A DNA stretch of 64,000 nt from Octopus sinensis (GCF_006345805.1 NC_043011.1:54882464-54946463), one strand, 5' to 3'; positions 13,127 to 25,293 are shown, counted from the stretch's first letter. Notes: generated by a model from the letters alone, not told the origin. Program-made: numbers and translations.

Positions 13127-13490
13127 ATATACATACATATACACACACAATGAGTTTCTTTCAGTTTCCGTATACCATATCTGCTTGACACTTGCTCAAA
13201 GTGTCATGTAGTGGGGACGGAACCCGGAACCATGTGGTTGGGAAACAAGCTTCTTACCACACAGCCAGAATACTCTAATCCTTTATCACAATCATCTCTA
13301 TGTATTTAGAACGTATCTATAGACTTTAGCCAACGCTATATATTACAACAAATATAAAACATTACACACACACACACACACACACAATATGTTCATAGAG
13401 AGAAAAAGAAGGAACAGCTACTGCATATTCAACTCTGAAGTTTCTTTGGCAGCTGTGTACCTTCCTTAACAATCTACTACACCTGCCTGC

Positions 13491-13524
<34 letters not shown>

Positions 13525-13677
13525 ACTTCCACAGATACTTCTCTACAATGTACCTCTCTAACCCCACCTCAGGCACCTCTCTACCTTCACTACAAGTACG
13601 TTTCTCCTACCTTGCATCTACCTGTCTACTTGTACTCCGAGTACCTCTATTCCTACCACATGTACCTGTCTATTTCT

Positions 13678-13901
13678 TATTTCTTTATTGCCCGCAAAGG
13701 GATAAAACATAGCAGGGACAAACAAGGACAGACACAAGGATTACATCGACCCCAGTGCGTAACTGGTACGTAATTTATCGACCCCGAAAGGATGAAAGGC
13801 AAAGTCTACCTCGGCGGAATTTGAACTCATAACGTAGCGGCAGATGAAATACTTCTAAGCATTTCACCTAGCGTGCTAATGTTTCTGCCAGCTCGCTGCC
13901 T
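13678..13901 (-). mobile_element. SINE group A with 15-bp TSD
   Basis: TACCTGTCTATTTCT at 13663-13677 and 13902-13916. Confidence 0.88.
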
Positions 13902-14097
13902 TACCTGTCTATTTCTATTACATGTACATTACTATGTCTACCACAGGTATCCCTCCACCCGTATTACTTGTGCCGCTGTACCTCAGCTTAGGATGTCTTT
14001 TATAGACATATATTTATAGGAACAGATTTTATAATCCCAGGTCAAAGAATGACCCAAAGTATTCCAGATTTATTTCAAGCAGTAAATGTAGGAATGT

Positions 14098-14412
14098 GGA
14101 GGCGCAATGGCCCAGTGGTTAGGGCAGCAGACTCACGGTCGGAGGATCGCGGTTTCGATTCCCAGACCGGGCGTTGTGTGTGTTTATTGAGCGAAATCAC
14201 CTAAAGCTCTACAAGGCTCCGGCTGGGGGTGGTGGCGACCCCTGATGTACTCTTTCGCCCCAACTTTCTCTCACTCTTTCTTCCTGTTTCTTGAGTAACG
14301 CTGCGATGGACTGGCGTCCCGTCCAGCTGGGGGGGGACACATATGCCACAGAAACCGGGAAACCAGACCTATGAACCTGGCTAGGCTTGAAAAGGGCACA
14401 TAAATAAATAAA
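14098..14412 (+). mobile_element. SINE group D, tail type 2 (GATGGACTGGCGTCCCGTCCAG module)
   Basis: Full head GGAGGCGCAATGGCCCAGTGGTTAGGGCAGC; TSD TGTAGGAAT at 14087 and 14414. Confidence 0.85.
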
Positions 14413-15049
14413 CTGTAGGAATACATTATCCCATCTTTATTTTAGCCACTGCTCGCCATGATGTGGTGAACTGAGACAGGCAGAGTTATGCACCTTGCTT
14501 TATTATTGTACACGATTTCTCCAACTTACATGCTCAACTGTGGGGTAGGAGTAAAGCTTGTTTGTCTGTCAAGGAGATAGAGTGCGACAAGCAAGGTTAT
14601 CTACCTTGTTCCAGAAAGTGAGAGAAAGAGAGAGGGAAGCTACGTTAACGCTACAGAGGAAAATTTGATCTCGGCAGCCAACTTACTGTCTGTCTTAAGT
14701 GTAAGTAGAATGGTTCAAATGTATCCAAGAAAACAGAGACAGGAGAGAGGAGAACAAACAGGGTCTGCTGATGCTCAGGCAAAATGGGAGAAGTAGTAAT
14801 ATTGGGGCTGAATTTACTCAGCAGCATCTGCAAAGAAATATACTTTTTTACTCGTTTCAGTCATTTGGCTGCGGCCATGCTGGGGCACCGCCTTTAGTCA
14901 AGCAAATCGACCCCAGGACTTATTCTTTGTAAACCTAGTACTTATTCTATCGGTCTCTTTTGCCGAACCGCTAAGTTATGGAGACGCAAACACATCAGCA
15001 TCGGTTGTCAAGTGATGTTGGGGGGACAAACACTGACACACAACCATAT

Positions 15050-15083
<34 letters not shown>

Positions 15084-15279
15084 GACAGGCTTCTTTCAGT
15101 TTCTGTCTACCAAATCCACTCACAAGGCTTTGGTTACCACACAGCCATTTTCGGGATTAAGTAAAAAGATAACAAATGGAAAATAACATACCTGTATGTA
15201 TTTATTTATTTATATATATATATATTTATAAATAAGGATAATATCGATATTTAAAGATCAATCGACGTGGTTGATGGCA

Positions 15280-15735
15280 GTACCGCCTGATTGGCACTCA
15301 TGCTAGTGGAACGTTAAAAGCACATCTGAGCGTGATCATTGCCAGGGCCATGGATTGGCTCCCGCGCCAGTAACACATAAAAAGCACAATTTGAACGTGA
15401 TCGTTGCCTTACCAGCACATGTGCCAGTGACATGTGAAAAACAACATTCGAGCATGGTTGTTGCCAGTGCCGCCTGACTGGCTCCCATGCAGGTAGCACA
15501 TAAAAACAGCTTTTGAGCGTGGTTGCTGCCAGAACCGCCTGACTGACCCTCGTGCCTGTGGCACGTAAAAGCACCAACTACACCCTCAGAGGTGTTGGCA
15601 TTAGGAAGGGCATCCAGCTGTAGAAGCTTTGCCAGATTAGATTGAGCCTGGTGCAGCCTCTGGTTCACCAGTCCTCAGTCAAACCGTCCAACCCATACCA
15701 GCATGGAAAGCGGGCGTTAAACAATGATGATGATA
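15280..15735 (+). mobile_element. Group C RTE-tailed retroelement
   Basis: Repeated GTGGCACGTAAAAAGCAC modules and the GTTAAACAATGATGATG tail. Confidence 0.8.
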
Positions 15736-16008
15736 TATATATATCATCATCATCATTGTTTAACGCCCGCTTATATATAATTAAAAAAACGTGTAGTAAA
15801 TAAACATGCAAACATATACGGAAAACACAGAAGGTCAAATACTGCTGAGGTCAGAGTTGTTTTTCGTTCTTTCAGTGTCAATAAAAATAAAGTACCAGTC
15901 ATATAATGTGGTTGATGGTATTGACTATCCCCTTCCCCCAAATTTCAGAATCCCTTGTGCCTATATTAGAGGCAGTTACTTCTAACTGGGTTTATCTTTA
16001 TCTTTCAG

Positions 16009-16154
16009 TTATGCCAAGCGGAAGATGGATGATTTGTCCTTTTTTGGTGGTTTCCTTCATGTGTGTTATGGCCCTGAGCATGAAACTGTGGCTGAGACAC
16101 GGCAAAAGCTACAAGACAGGCGGAGAATTATTGCATTGAAAACTAAGAAATCTG
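16009..16154 (+). CDS. RBM48: RBM48 coding exon 3 (RRM, second half)
   Basis: YAKRKMDDLSFFGGFLHVCYGPEHETVAETRQKLQDRR matches recalled human AKRKMDEQSFFGGLLHVCYAPEFETVEETRKKLQ; TCTTTCAG acceptor and GTGAGT donor; phases fit. Confidence 0.95.
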
Positions 16155-16400
16155 GTGAGTTTTCTTTTTGTTGTTCTTCAAACTTTGATAAAAAGTATTT
16201 TCTGATCAGAGCCTCAAGATTCTGTAAGAGAAGAGAAAAGGGCTTGAAGCAGGACAGTGAAGTCCTCAATTGCTTGTGTCTGTGGGACAAACAGTCTGCT
16301 TCACAACAGAATATGAAGAAGGGCCCCTGAACATGGAAAGAAAACTTCTCTATTGTGTCTTTTTTTATTTACATGTTTATGTCTCTGTAATGTATAGAGA

Positions 16401-16655
16401 GTGGAGGCGCATGGCTTAGTGGTTAGGGTGTCAGCACCATGATCGTAAGATTGTGGTTTCGATTCCTGGACAGGGCGAAGCGTTGTGTTCTGGAGCAAAA
16501 CACTTCATTTCACGTTGCTCCAGTCCACTCAACTGGCAAAAATGAGTAACACTGCGATCAACTGGTGTCCCGTCCAGCTGGGGAACACATACGCCATAGA
16601 AGCCTGGAAGCTGGGCCCATGAGCCTGGCTAGGCTTTAAAAGGGCACATTTTTTA
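16401..16655 (+). mobile_element. tRNA-headed SINE with CORE-like middle and type-2 tail
   Basis: GGAGGCGCATGGCTTAGTGGTTAGGG head; GAGCAAAACACTTCATTTCACGTTGCTCCAGTCCACTCA middle; tail shared with the copy at 14098. Confidence 0.8.
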
Positions 16656-17527
16656 TTTAGTATATAGAGAAAGCCTTTGAATTGGGGAAGTTGTCTTCTC
16701 TATTGTTGTTGTCTGTTATAAACTGTTTAAATGGAGAAGATCTTTGAGCACAGCAAGACAACATCTCTATTGCTGGTGTCTATAATAAAGTGTTGGCTTC
16801 ACTTTTACAGACTCAAGTCATGAGAAGGAGAAAGTGGAGGCACATGGCCTAGTGGTTAGAGCAGCGGACTCGCAATCAAGGGATCGCGGGTTCAAATCTC
16901 AGACCGGGTGAAACACCTAAGCTCCACACGGCTCCAGCAGAAGGTAATGGCAAACTTCTGCTGACTTTTTCGCCACAACTTTCTCTCATTCTTTCCTCTA
17001 GAATCTTGCAGCTCACCTGCGATGGACTGGCGTCCCATCCAGGTGGGGAACCTACACGTCAAGGAAACCAGGAAACCGGCCCTTATGAGCCAGACATAGC
17101 TCGAGAAGGAACAAACAGAGACGATGGCCTTGAAAGAGAAGAGAACTCTGTTTGGAAAGTCATCATCTCCATCGTCTGTGTCCACAATGGGACCCACTGA
17201 ATCCCCAAATTTTGCTTTGATTTATTTCACTGATGAGCATCGAAACTGAAATGGCATAAATACTGGTCTTTGAGCTTTATGCCATCACACACCTATAGTC
17301 CAGGTATGTCTGTAATAAAAACACATCTCGACTTCACACCATCACAGTGAGACCTTCTCTCATTCTGATGTCCATGATAAATACATCTAGACCATGTATC
17401 ACCACATTGGTTAATGGTGGGAGAAATGCCGTTTTTCAGGTTTGGTGCAGAGTGTGAAGGATTGCTGGGTGACACAAGGCTCATTATATAAATCTGCTGA
17501 ATTATTGTGAATTGTTAGTAACACTAA

Positions 17528-17876
17528 CAGGAGTGGGTGTGTGGTAAGTAGCTTGCTTACCAACCACATGGTTCTTGGTTCAGTCCCACAGCGTGGCACC
17601 TTGGGCAAGTGTCTTCTACCATAGCCTCGGGCCGAGCAAAGCCTTGTGGGTGGATTTGGTAAACGGAAACTGAAAGAAGCCCTTCGCATATGTGTTTGTG
17701 TGTCTGTGTTTGTCCCCCCAACATCGCTTGACAACCGATGCTGGTGTGTTTTACGTCCCCGTAACTTAGCGGTTCGGCAAAAGAGACCAATAGAATAAGT
17801 CTTGGGGTCGGTTTGCTCGACTGGAGGTGGTGCTCCAGCATGACCGCAGTCAAATGACTGAAACAAGTATAAGAGT
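17528..17876 (+). mobile_element. SINE group B, near full length
   Basis: CAGGAGTGGGTGTGTGGTAAGTAGCTTGC head to GGTGCTCCAGCATGACCGCAGTCAAATGACTGAAACAAGT tail. Confidence 0.85.
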
Positions 17877-18237
17877 AAACATTTATTTAAATACTGTGTA
17901 TATGAAATTATGTATTGTCATCATCATCATTTAACGTTAGACTCGTGTTTGCAAACAATGGTGGTTTCTCTGACTTGAAAATTCTTAAAAGTTTTGGTTG
18001 AAAATTTATTTTTACTGCTATTCGCTGGTGCCTCTGGGGAAAATAAGTTGACGAAAATACAGCTTGGGTCATAACGAATGTCCTAAAATTGGAGCAACAT
18101 ACATGCTAATTTGTAGACGTGCATAAATTACATTCACATACACACAAACACATCCCACCTTTTATATATATATATATATACACACACATATACATATGAA
18201 CATATATATATATATATATATATATATACGTACACAC

Positions 18238-18278
<41 letters not shown>

Positions 18279-18373
18279 TTACAAACAATATACAATGCTT
18301 CAAATGAATTATAATACTCTCACGTATATATATATATATATATATTTATATATGGATGATTATTTATTTGCAG

Positions 18374-18988
18374 AAGAGGAAACAAGTAAGAAGAGCGTGA
18401 AAGGAAACTCTGTTGTGAGGAGTGCAGGTGTGGCGAAGTCACCAAAAGAGGCCCCTTCACAATTGCAGCAGCAACATGCAGGATCCACAACCAACACCTT
18501 GGACACACCTTCAATACCATTGCCATGTTTTAATGTCCCACCTCCAACTTTGTCCTTACCACCTCCACCACCACCACCATCATCATCAACACATCTTCCA
18601 CCACCTCCATCACTATCACCAATGTTGTCAATACTTCCACCACCACCATTAACCAATGACAGTTTGATCAATTCCTACAACAACCCCCGTCCCTTGGCCC
18701 GTATGCCACTGTCTCTCCATTCTAAGACAGCTACGGCACCAGAGAAGCTGTGGCTGGAGCCTCCACCACAATATTGTAGCTCTGCTCAAAGTAACAGCCA
18801 CAAGTCTTCCAGTGCTGCCAGTTTTGCCAGGGTTCCTTCAGCTCAAGCTATTTTCCCACCGAACTTCGATGCTAGAATCCATGTCAACACAGATTTGGTG
18901 AAATTACTTCCACGACAAGCCAAAGTGAAGTTAATGTCAGATATAAAGAAACCTCAGGCTGAAGTCAAACACCTGAAAAAATCAACAG
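18374..18988 (+). CDS. RBM48: RBM48 coding exon 4 (Pro/Ser-rich low-complexity region)
   Basis: TTTGCAG acceptor and G|GTAAGT donor; 615 nt open in the phase set by exon 3; not recognisably conserved. Confidence 0.75.
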
Positions 18989-19837
18989 GTAAGTGGTTCA
19001 AGAGAATAGCTTTCTTTCTTTAATTTGATTTTCAGTATTTTTACTATGAGCAAGGCAGTGAGCTGGGAGCATTGCTGGGCAAAATTCTTCGTGGCATTTT
19101 GTCCATCTTTATGTTCTGAGTTCAAATTCCGCCAAGGTTGACTTTGCCCTTCATCCTTTTTGGAGGTTGATAAAACAAGCACCAGTCGAGCACTGGGGTT
19201 GATGTTATTGACTTAGCCCTCCCCCTTCTCTGAAATTGCTGGCCTTGTGCCAAAATTTGAAACTAAGGTACTGAACTGGCAGAATCATTAGCACGCTGGG
19301 TGAAATGCTTAGTGGTATTCCGCCTGTCTTTGTGTTCTGAGTTCAAATTCCGCTGAGGTCATCCTTGCCTTTCATCCTTTTAGAGGTTGATAAAATTAGT
19401 ACCAGTTGATCACCGCTGTCGATGTGACCCTTGGCTTATGTCTCCCCTAGATTTACTGGCTTTGTGCAAAAATTTGAAATCAATATTCTTACTGTGAAAT
19501 GTGTAAGTTGGTACATTTGTTAGAGTTGTGACCATCCCATATTTTTCCTACAATGAAAGGAACCCAGAACCACATTATGAAATTGCTGGTGTGTAGAACT
19601 GTCTATATTTTGTTTGTGAAGGTCAATGTGTACAACAGCCTGCACCATGTTAAACCGAGATGATATCTTGTATGAATACCAGCCTATACTCTGTGGTATC
19701 CGAGATGAACAATAGCCTGTATTCTAATGGCTGGTATGATAAACAGTTTATACTTTGTGATAGCTGGTGCGAACAACATTCTGTATTGTGTGATGGCTAA
19801 TATGATCAATAGTCTGTACCCTGTAATATCTGCTGTG

Positions 19838-20072
19838 AAGGCGGTTAGCTGGCAGAATTGTTAGCACGCTGGGCATAATGCTTAGTGGTATTTCATCTGC
19901 TGTTACATTCTGTGTTCAAAATTCTGCCGAGGTCGACTTTGCCTTTCAACCTTTCGGGGTCGATAAATTAAGTACCAGTTACGCACTGGGGTCGATGTAA
20001 TCGACTGAAACCCTTTGTTTGTCCTTGTTTGTTCCCTCTATGTTTAATTCCCTGTGGGCAATAAAGAAATAA
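19838..20072 (+). mobile_element. SINE group A
   Basis: Full consensus; imperfect flanking repeat ATATCTGCTGTGAA / ATGTCTGGTGTGAA. Confidence 0.85.
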
Positions 20073-20095
20073 ATGTCTGGTGTGAACATAGTTAA

Positions 20096-20313
20096 CTCTT
20101 TAGTATTTAAACAGGTCATATTCAGCCCAAATATCCTACCTGTTTTTTTATTCTAATTAGCCAGATCTGGCCTCTCACACCATCCCTACAATATCCGTCT
20201 AAAAATAAACAGTAACTTCTTCAAAATCTCAAAGCTACAAGATGATGCTAGATTAATTTAAAACGTGAATTAATAAGCATTTCATTGGACAAAGTAATGT
20301 GAAGAGTAAAGGG
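20096..20313. mobile_element. piggyBac-type MITE; truncated relative at about 7935-8072
   Basis: TTAA at 20092 and 20314; ends CTCTTTAG..TAAAGGG. Confidence 0.6.
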
Positions 20314-20423
20314 TTAATTTCCACACGAACAGATATTCATTACTGACTGGTCGTAGATATCTTTCTGTTGTAAATCATGCCATGTGACTACATGAAACTA
20401 ACTAATTTTTCATTTCCATTCAG

Positions 20424-20716
20424 CCCCAAGTAACTCCACATCCACCAGTAAAATTAGCAAGGACAAACCTGACCTCGTTATTCGAGAGTTCAAACCCTCA
20501 ACATGTCCCAAGTTTGTCCCTCGGCAAGCTGTGTCTCGCAAGACAAACAAGAAGCTCGTAGAGAAGGACAACCTAAACAAGGCCATTCGGTCGAGTGCTT
20601 TAATACTGGGCGATATTCAGGGACCTGACAGGCCACCCCATTTGACGCCTGTTAACAAGGAAATTCAAAAGTCAATAGAAGATACGAGGAAGGAAATCAG
20701 AAAACGTGTTCTGCAG
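20424..20716 (+). CDS. RBM48: RBM48 coding exon 5
   Basis: TTCCATTCAG acceptor and CAG|GTAAAC donor; KFVPRQ and SIEDTRKEIRKRVLQ resemble recalled human motifs FMPRT and SLNTTANLIRHKLKEV. Confidence 0.8.
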
Positions 20717-21060
20717 GTAAACCAACTTTTCCCATTATTTATCTTCCTTGTTTTATAAACTGTTCGGCATGCATCAGTGATTCACTTGGGAGAAGGCATG
20801 AATGTCTCTACATCACTAAATATTTAAGATTGTATATAGGCGCAGGAGTTGTTGTGTGGTAAGAAGCTTGCTTCCCAACCTCATGGCTCTGGGTTCAGTC
20901 CCACTGCGTGGTACCTTGGAAAAGTGTCTTTGGCTATAGCCTCAAGCCAGCCAAAGCCTTGAGTGGATTTGTTAGACGGAAACTGAAAGAAGCCTGTCTC
21001 ATATGTATGTATGTATGTATGTTCCAAACTTTTGGCCAAGTAATAATAAATTGCAAATTA

Positions 21061-21225
21061 AATTAACTTTGGACATTTAATATAAAAATTCTAAGTTAAT
21101 ATAAAAATTAAATTAAATTAACTTTGGACATTTAATATAAAAATTCTAAGTTAATATAAAAATTAAATTAAATTAACTTTGGACATTTAATATAAAAATT
21201 CTAAGTTAATATAAAAATTCTAAAT
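21061..21225. repeat. 55-bp AT-rich tandem repeat, 3 copies
   Basis: AATTAACTTTGGACATTT starts at 21061, 21116 and 21171. Confidence 0.9.
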
Positions 21226-21584
21226 TCTAAGACCGATTATTATTATTATTACATTTGACGGATATTTAATCATCATCATTATCGTTTAACATCCGCTTTC
21301 CATGCTAGCATGGGTTGGATGGTTCAACTGGGGTCTGGGAAGCCAGGAGGCTGCACTAGGCTCCAGTCTGATCTGGCAGTTTCTACAGCTGGATGCCTTT
21401 CCTAACACCAACCACTCTGAGAGTGTAGTGGGTGCTTTTTACGTGCCACTGGCACAGGGGCCAGAGGGGGCTGGCATCGACCAGGATCAGATTGTGCTTT
21501 TTACTTGCCACCGGCATGGGAGCCAGTCAAGGCGGTGCTGGCATCAGCCACGTTCAGATGTTGCTTTTTACGTGCCACCGGCAA

Positions 21585-21800
21585 TAATAATAATAATAAT
21601 AATAATAACAACAACATTGAAAAATACCTTAAGAATGAGAATCCAGGTTCGAAATTTCCCCAAGACACCTGATGAAGGTTGGAGGGTGTATCAGCTGAAA
21701 CGTGTTAACAACAAACAAGATGAGGACAAATATCCATTAAATGTAAATAATGCAAAAAGTGTACATAATTCCTCATCTCTTAAATATAGAACTGTATTTC
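21585..21800 (+). mobile_element. Penelope-like pseudo-LTR fragment with decayed hammerhead motif
   Basis: GACAC-CTGATGA-A-GGTTG..CAGCT-GAAA-C-GTGTT at 21664-21706; short inverted partial copy at about 21247-21268. Confidence 0.55.
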
Positions 21801-21840
21801 AGACCTGCGTTCCAAACTTTTGGCCACAACTGTATGTATG

Positions 21841-22385
21841 TATGAGGTGGGTACTGTAAAGTTCCTGGCTTTAAGGGTATTGTGAAAGGCCTGGTTGGAG
21901 GCCCAACCCTCCGTGTTCTTTTACAGGGTTTAGAAAAACTGAAGGACTGCTGCTATAAGTATCTGAATTTGAGAGGGGAATCATCATCATCATCATCGTT
22001 TAACGTCCGTTTTCCACGCTAGCACGGGTTGGACGGTTTGACCGGGGTCTGGGAAGCCAGGGGCTGCACCAGGCTCAGTCTGATCTGGCAGTGTTTCTAC
22101 AGCTGGATGCCCTTCCTAACGCCAACCACTCCGCAAGTGTAGTGGGTGCTTTTTACGTGCCACCTGCACAGGTGCCAGGGGTGTCCGGCATCAGCCACGA
22201 TCGGTTGGAGCTTTTAAAGTGCCACTGGCACGGAAACCAGCCAAGGCGGCGCTGGCAACGGCCACGTTCGGATGGTGCTTTTTATGTGCCACCGGCACCG
22301 GAATATGTTGAATAAAATCATAATTAACTGAACCTCCTGTATTTTCTGTTACCCAAAGCCAGGAACTTTTCAGCACTCCCTCATA
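21841..22385 (+). mobile_element. Mariner-type MITE interrupted by a group C element (21980-22300)
   Basis: Terminal inverted repeats TATGAGGTGGGTACTGTAAAGTTCCTGGCTTT / AAAGCCAGGAACTTTTCAGCACTCCCTCATA; remnant QGLEKLKDCCYKYLNLRGEYVE* is rejoined when the insert is removed. Confidence 0.75.
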
Positions 22386-22744
22386 CATATGTATGTATGC
22401 ATGTACATATGTATGTATGCATGTATATATGTATGTGTGTGTATGTATGTATGTATGCATGCATGAATGAGTATGGCAAGTGTGTGTGTGTGACAGAATT
22501 TGTATTTCCTCTCATTTTTATGTACGTTTAATGGTTGTAAATAATGGCTTTGCTCAAGGTGTATCTTGACTCATCTTGTATGATCCTTGTAAACAAAAGA
22601 CGCATTCAAATGGCATCATTTGTCTCCAGTCTGTACCTTGCTTACAACCATATTGTGGTTGGCATCAGGAAGGGCATTCAGCCATAGGAAGCTCTGTTGC
22701 CATGTACTTTCATTTGACCCACGGGCACAGAAAAATAGACATTA

Positions 22745-24460
22745 AAATGATGATGATAATGACGACAATGGTGATGATGATGACTATGATGATGAGGAGG
22801 ATGAAGACTATGATGATGATTATGATCATGAAGATGATGATGATGACTATAATGATGATTATAACAATGATGATGGTGGTGATGATGATGAGGAGGAGGA
22901 AGACTGATGATGATTATGATCATGAAGATGATGATGATGATAATGATGATGACAATGGTGATGATGAGGAGGATGAAGACTGATGATGATGATGATGACT
23001 ATAATGATGATTATAACAATGATGATGATAGATGAGAAAGAGAATCATTATGATAGTGATGATAATGATGGTAATGATGATGAGTTTTATGTTGTTTATC
23101 TTGGGGGGGTCATCTTGCCAGCAAGAAACGCACACACTGAGAGAGACGGAACGAATGCCACAAGGTATTCCATTTGACGCTCCACCGATTCTGTCGCTTC
23201 ACTGCCTTACCACTAGTCATTAATTCCAAGGGTATCATTAAAAATGTTTTTACAATCCTACAATAACAAACACACACACACAAATATACACATATCTATA
23301 TATATGTACAATAACTGTGTGTATGTAGAAGGGTGATGGAATGTTTATGGAACAGCAAAACCTCTTCATACCACAATGCAGAGGGAGGGAAAGGAAATTC
23401 CATCCACTTCACAGACTATTTCAGTTATTTGGCACCTCACACTACCACCACCACAACCACTACCACCAGTACTGCCATCACCACCACCACCACTGCCAAC
23501 ACTACCACAACCACCACCACCATCACTACAGCCAACTCCACCACCACCACTACCACCAGCAGCATTATCATTTCCTCCACCTACAACCACAACCAGTAAT
23601 ATCACTGCCACCACCACCCCTATTACTACAACCACAACTCCAACCAGAGGGAGCCTATATGGGGTCGTTCAGTCTGCTAGAAATAGCAGCTGAATTTCCC
23701 TCAAATCAAAACTTTTCAAGTTAAAAAGAAAGTGAGGGAGAGGAGGCAGTGGAAATGTCAGACAATGGAGCTATGGATTCCCTGCACACAGGAAACCAAG
23801 ATAGGATGGCCATGGCTGGAAGGTCTTTCATTATAGTCTCAGTCAATGTTTTCACCTGGGACTATCCAACAACAACAACTACCACTAGAACTGTTCCTAT
23901 ACATACACTACCACTAATAATTTCATTGTCACCGCTGCTACTACTACCACCTATACCACTACTAGTACTATTACCACATCACCACCATTACTACTACTAC
24001 TACCACCATCACTGCTACACCACTACTGCCACCACTGCCACCATCACTGCTACACCACCACACCACTACCACCATACCACCATCACCACCACTACTACTA
24101 CAACAACAACAACCACTTCTACAACTACAACCACACCATCACCACCATACCACCACTACTACTACTACAACAACAACAACAACCACTTCTACTACCACCA
24201 CCACTTACCACCACCCAAGAACTTAATACAAATATTAGAATTATGATTGATGCAGTTGCTAAGACAGCCAACACCACCACTACCCTACTACAGCCTTTAC
24301 CATAACTGTTGCAACCACCACCATTACTGCTACTACTACCACCACCACCAGCACAACAACAACCACTCCATTTACCACAACTACCACTGCTTTTACTTTT
24401 ACCACCACCACCAGCATCATCCCAAACAACTGACCCTCACTCTACAGACCAACACCACAA
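22745..24460. repeat. Long (GAT)n and (CAC/TAC/AAC)n low-complexity tracts
   Basis: Seen directly; main tracts 22745-23085, 23440-23645 and 23865-24460. Confidence 0.85.
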
Positions 24461-24589
24461 TCACCCCTACCAAATCTTTGGACATAGGTTAAAGGGTAAA
24501 GAACCCCTTTGTTATGAATGCCTATGGGATTGCAAGGTACAAGTCCAGCTAAGGTTGTTTATAAACTGTTGTGCGTTGTACCTCATACA

Positions 24590-25260
24590 ACATACCCACA
24601 CTACTGCACTGTACCCAGAGTGTAATGTGTGCTTTTATGTTCCACTGGCACAGGTGCCATTTGTATGACACCGGTATCTGCCACAACTGCAATTTTGCTT
24701 GGCTTGAGAGTCTTCTTCTCAAGCACGACATAATGCCAAAGGTCTTGGTCATTGCCTCCGTGAGGCCCAACACTTGAAAGGAGCTTGGCCACTTTGCCTC
24801 CATGAGGCCCGTTCGAAAGAAACTCAGCCACCTTGCCTCTGTGAGGCCCCAAATTCGAAAGGTACTTGGCCACTTTGCCTCCACGAAGCCCGACATTTGA
24901 AAGGAACTCAGCTGCCTTGCCTCCATGAGGCCCAACGCTCGAAAGGAGCTCAGTCACTTTGCCTCCATCAGGCCCAATGTTTGAAAAGTACTCAGCCACT
25001 TTGCCTCCACCAGGCCCAATGTTTGAAAAGTACTCAGCCACTTTGCCTCTGTGAGGCCTGATGTTCAAAAGTTGGGTTTTTTTTTGTTACGTGCCACCAG
25101 CACGGATGCATTTGGCTTGACAGGTCCTCCTCAGCAGAACACATTGCCAAAGGTCTTGGTCACTAGTCATTGCCTCTGTGAGGTTCAAAGTTCGAAGGTC
25201 ATGCTTTACTGCTTCATCCCATGTCTTCCTGGGTCTACCTCTACCACAGGTTCCCTCCTC
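24590..25260 (-). mobile_element. RTE LINE 3' end with duplicated C-terminus and an approximately 41-bp minisatellite
   Basis: GTCGRGRPRKTWDEAVKHDLRTLNLTEAMTSDQDLW is an RTE ORF C-terminus; about 7 units of CAGCCACTTTGCCTCC..GAGGCCC..GAAAGGA at 24750-25060. Confidence 0.75.
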
Positions 25261-25293
25261 TTTTAATAATCTGTCCAACATTATCTTTTGCAG

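Noticed and set aside
14098-14175. Possible tRNA genes at SINE heads
   Set aside because: A and B boxes are present but I could not form a full cloverleaf, and each continues into a SINE body with TSDs
17225-17252. TTCA-CTGATGA-GCATC-GAAA-C-TGAA hammerhead-like string
   Set aside because: No stem II, no stem III or UH cleavage site, and no element context; probably chance
18196-18373. ATG at 18196 as the start of a standalone 275-aa gene
   Set aside because: The N-terminal part is TA/CA microsatellite; the coding part begins at the acceptor ending 18373 in the RBM48 phase
10798-25293. U12-type introns in RBM48, which would suggest autoregulation
   Set aside because: Donors are GTCTGT, GTGAGA, GTGAGT, GTAAGT and GTAAAC; none match the U12 RTATCCTT consensus
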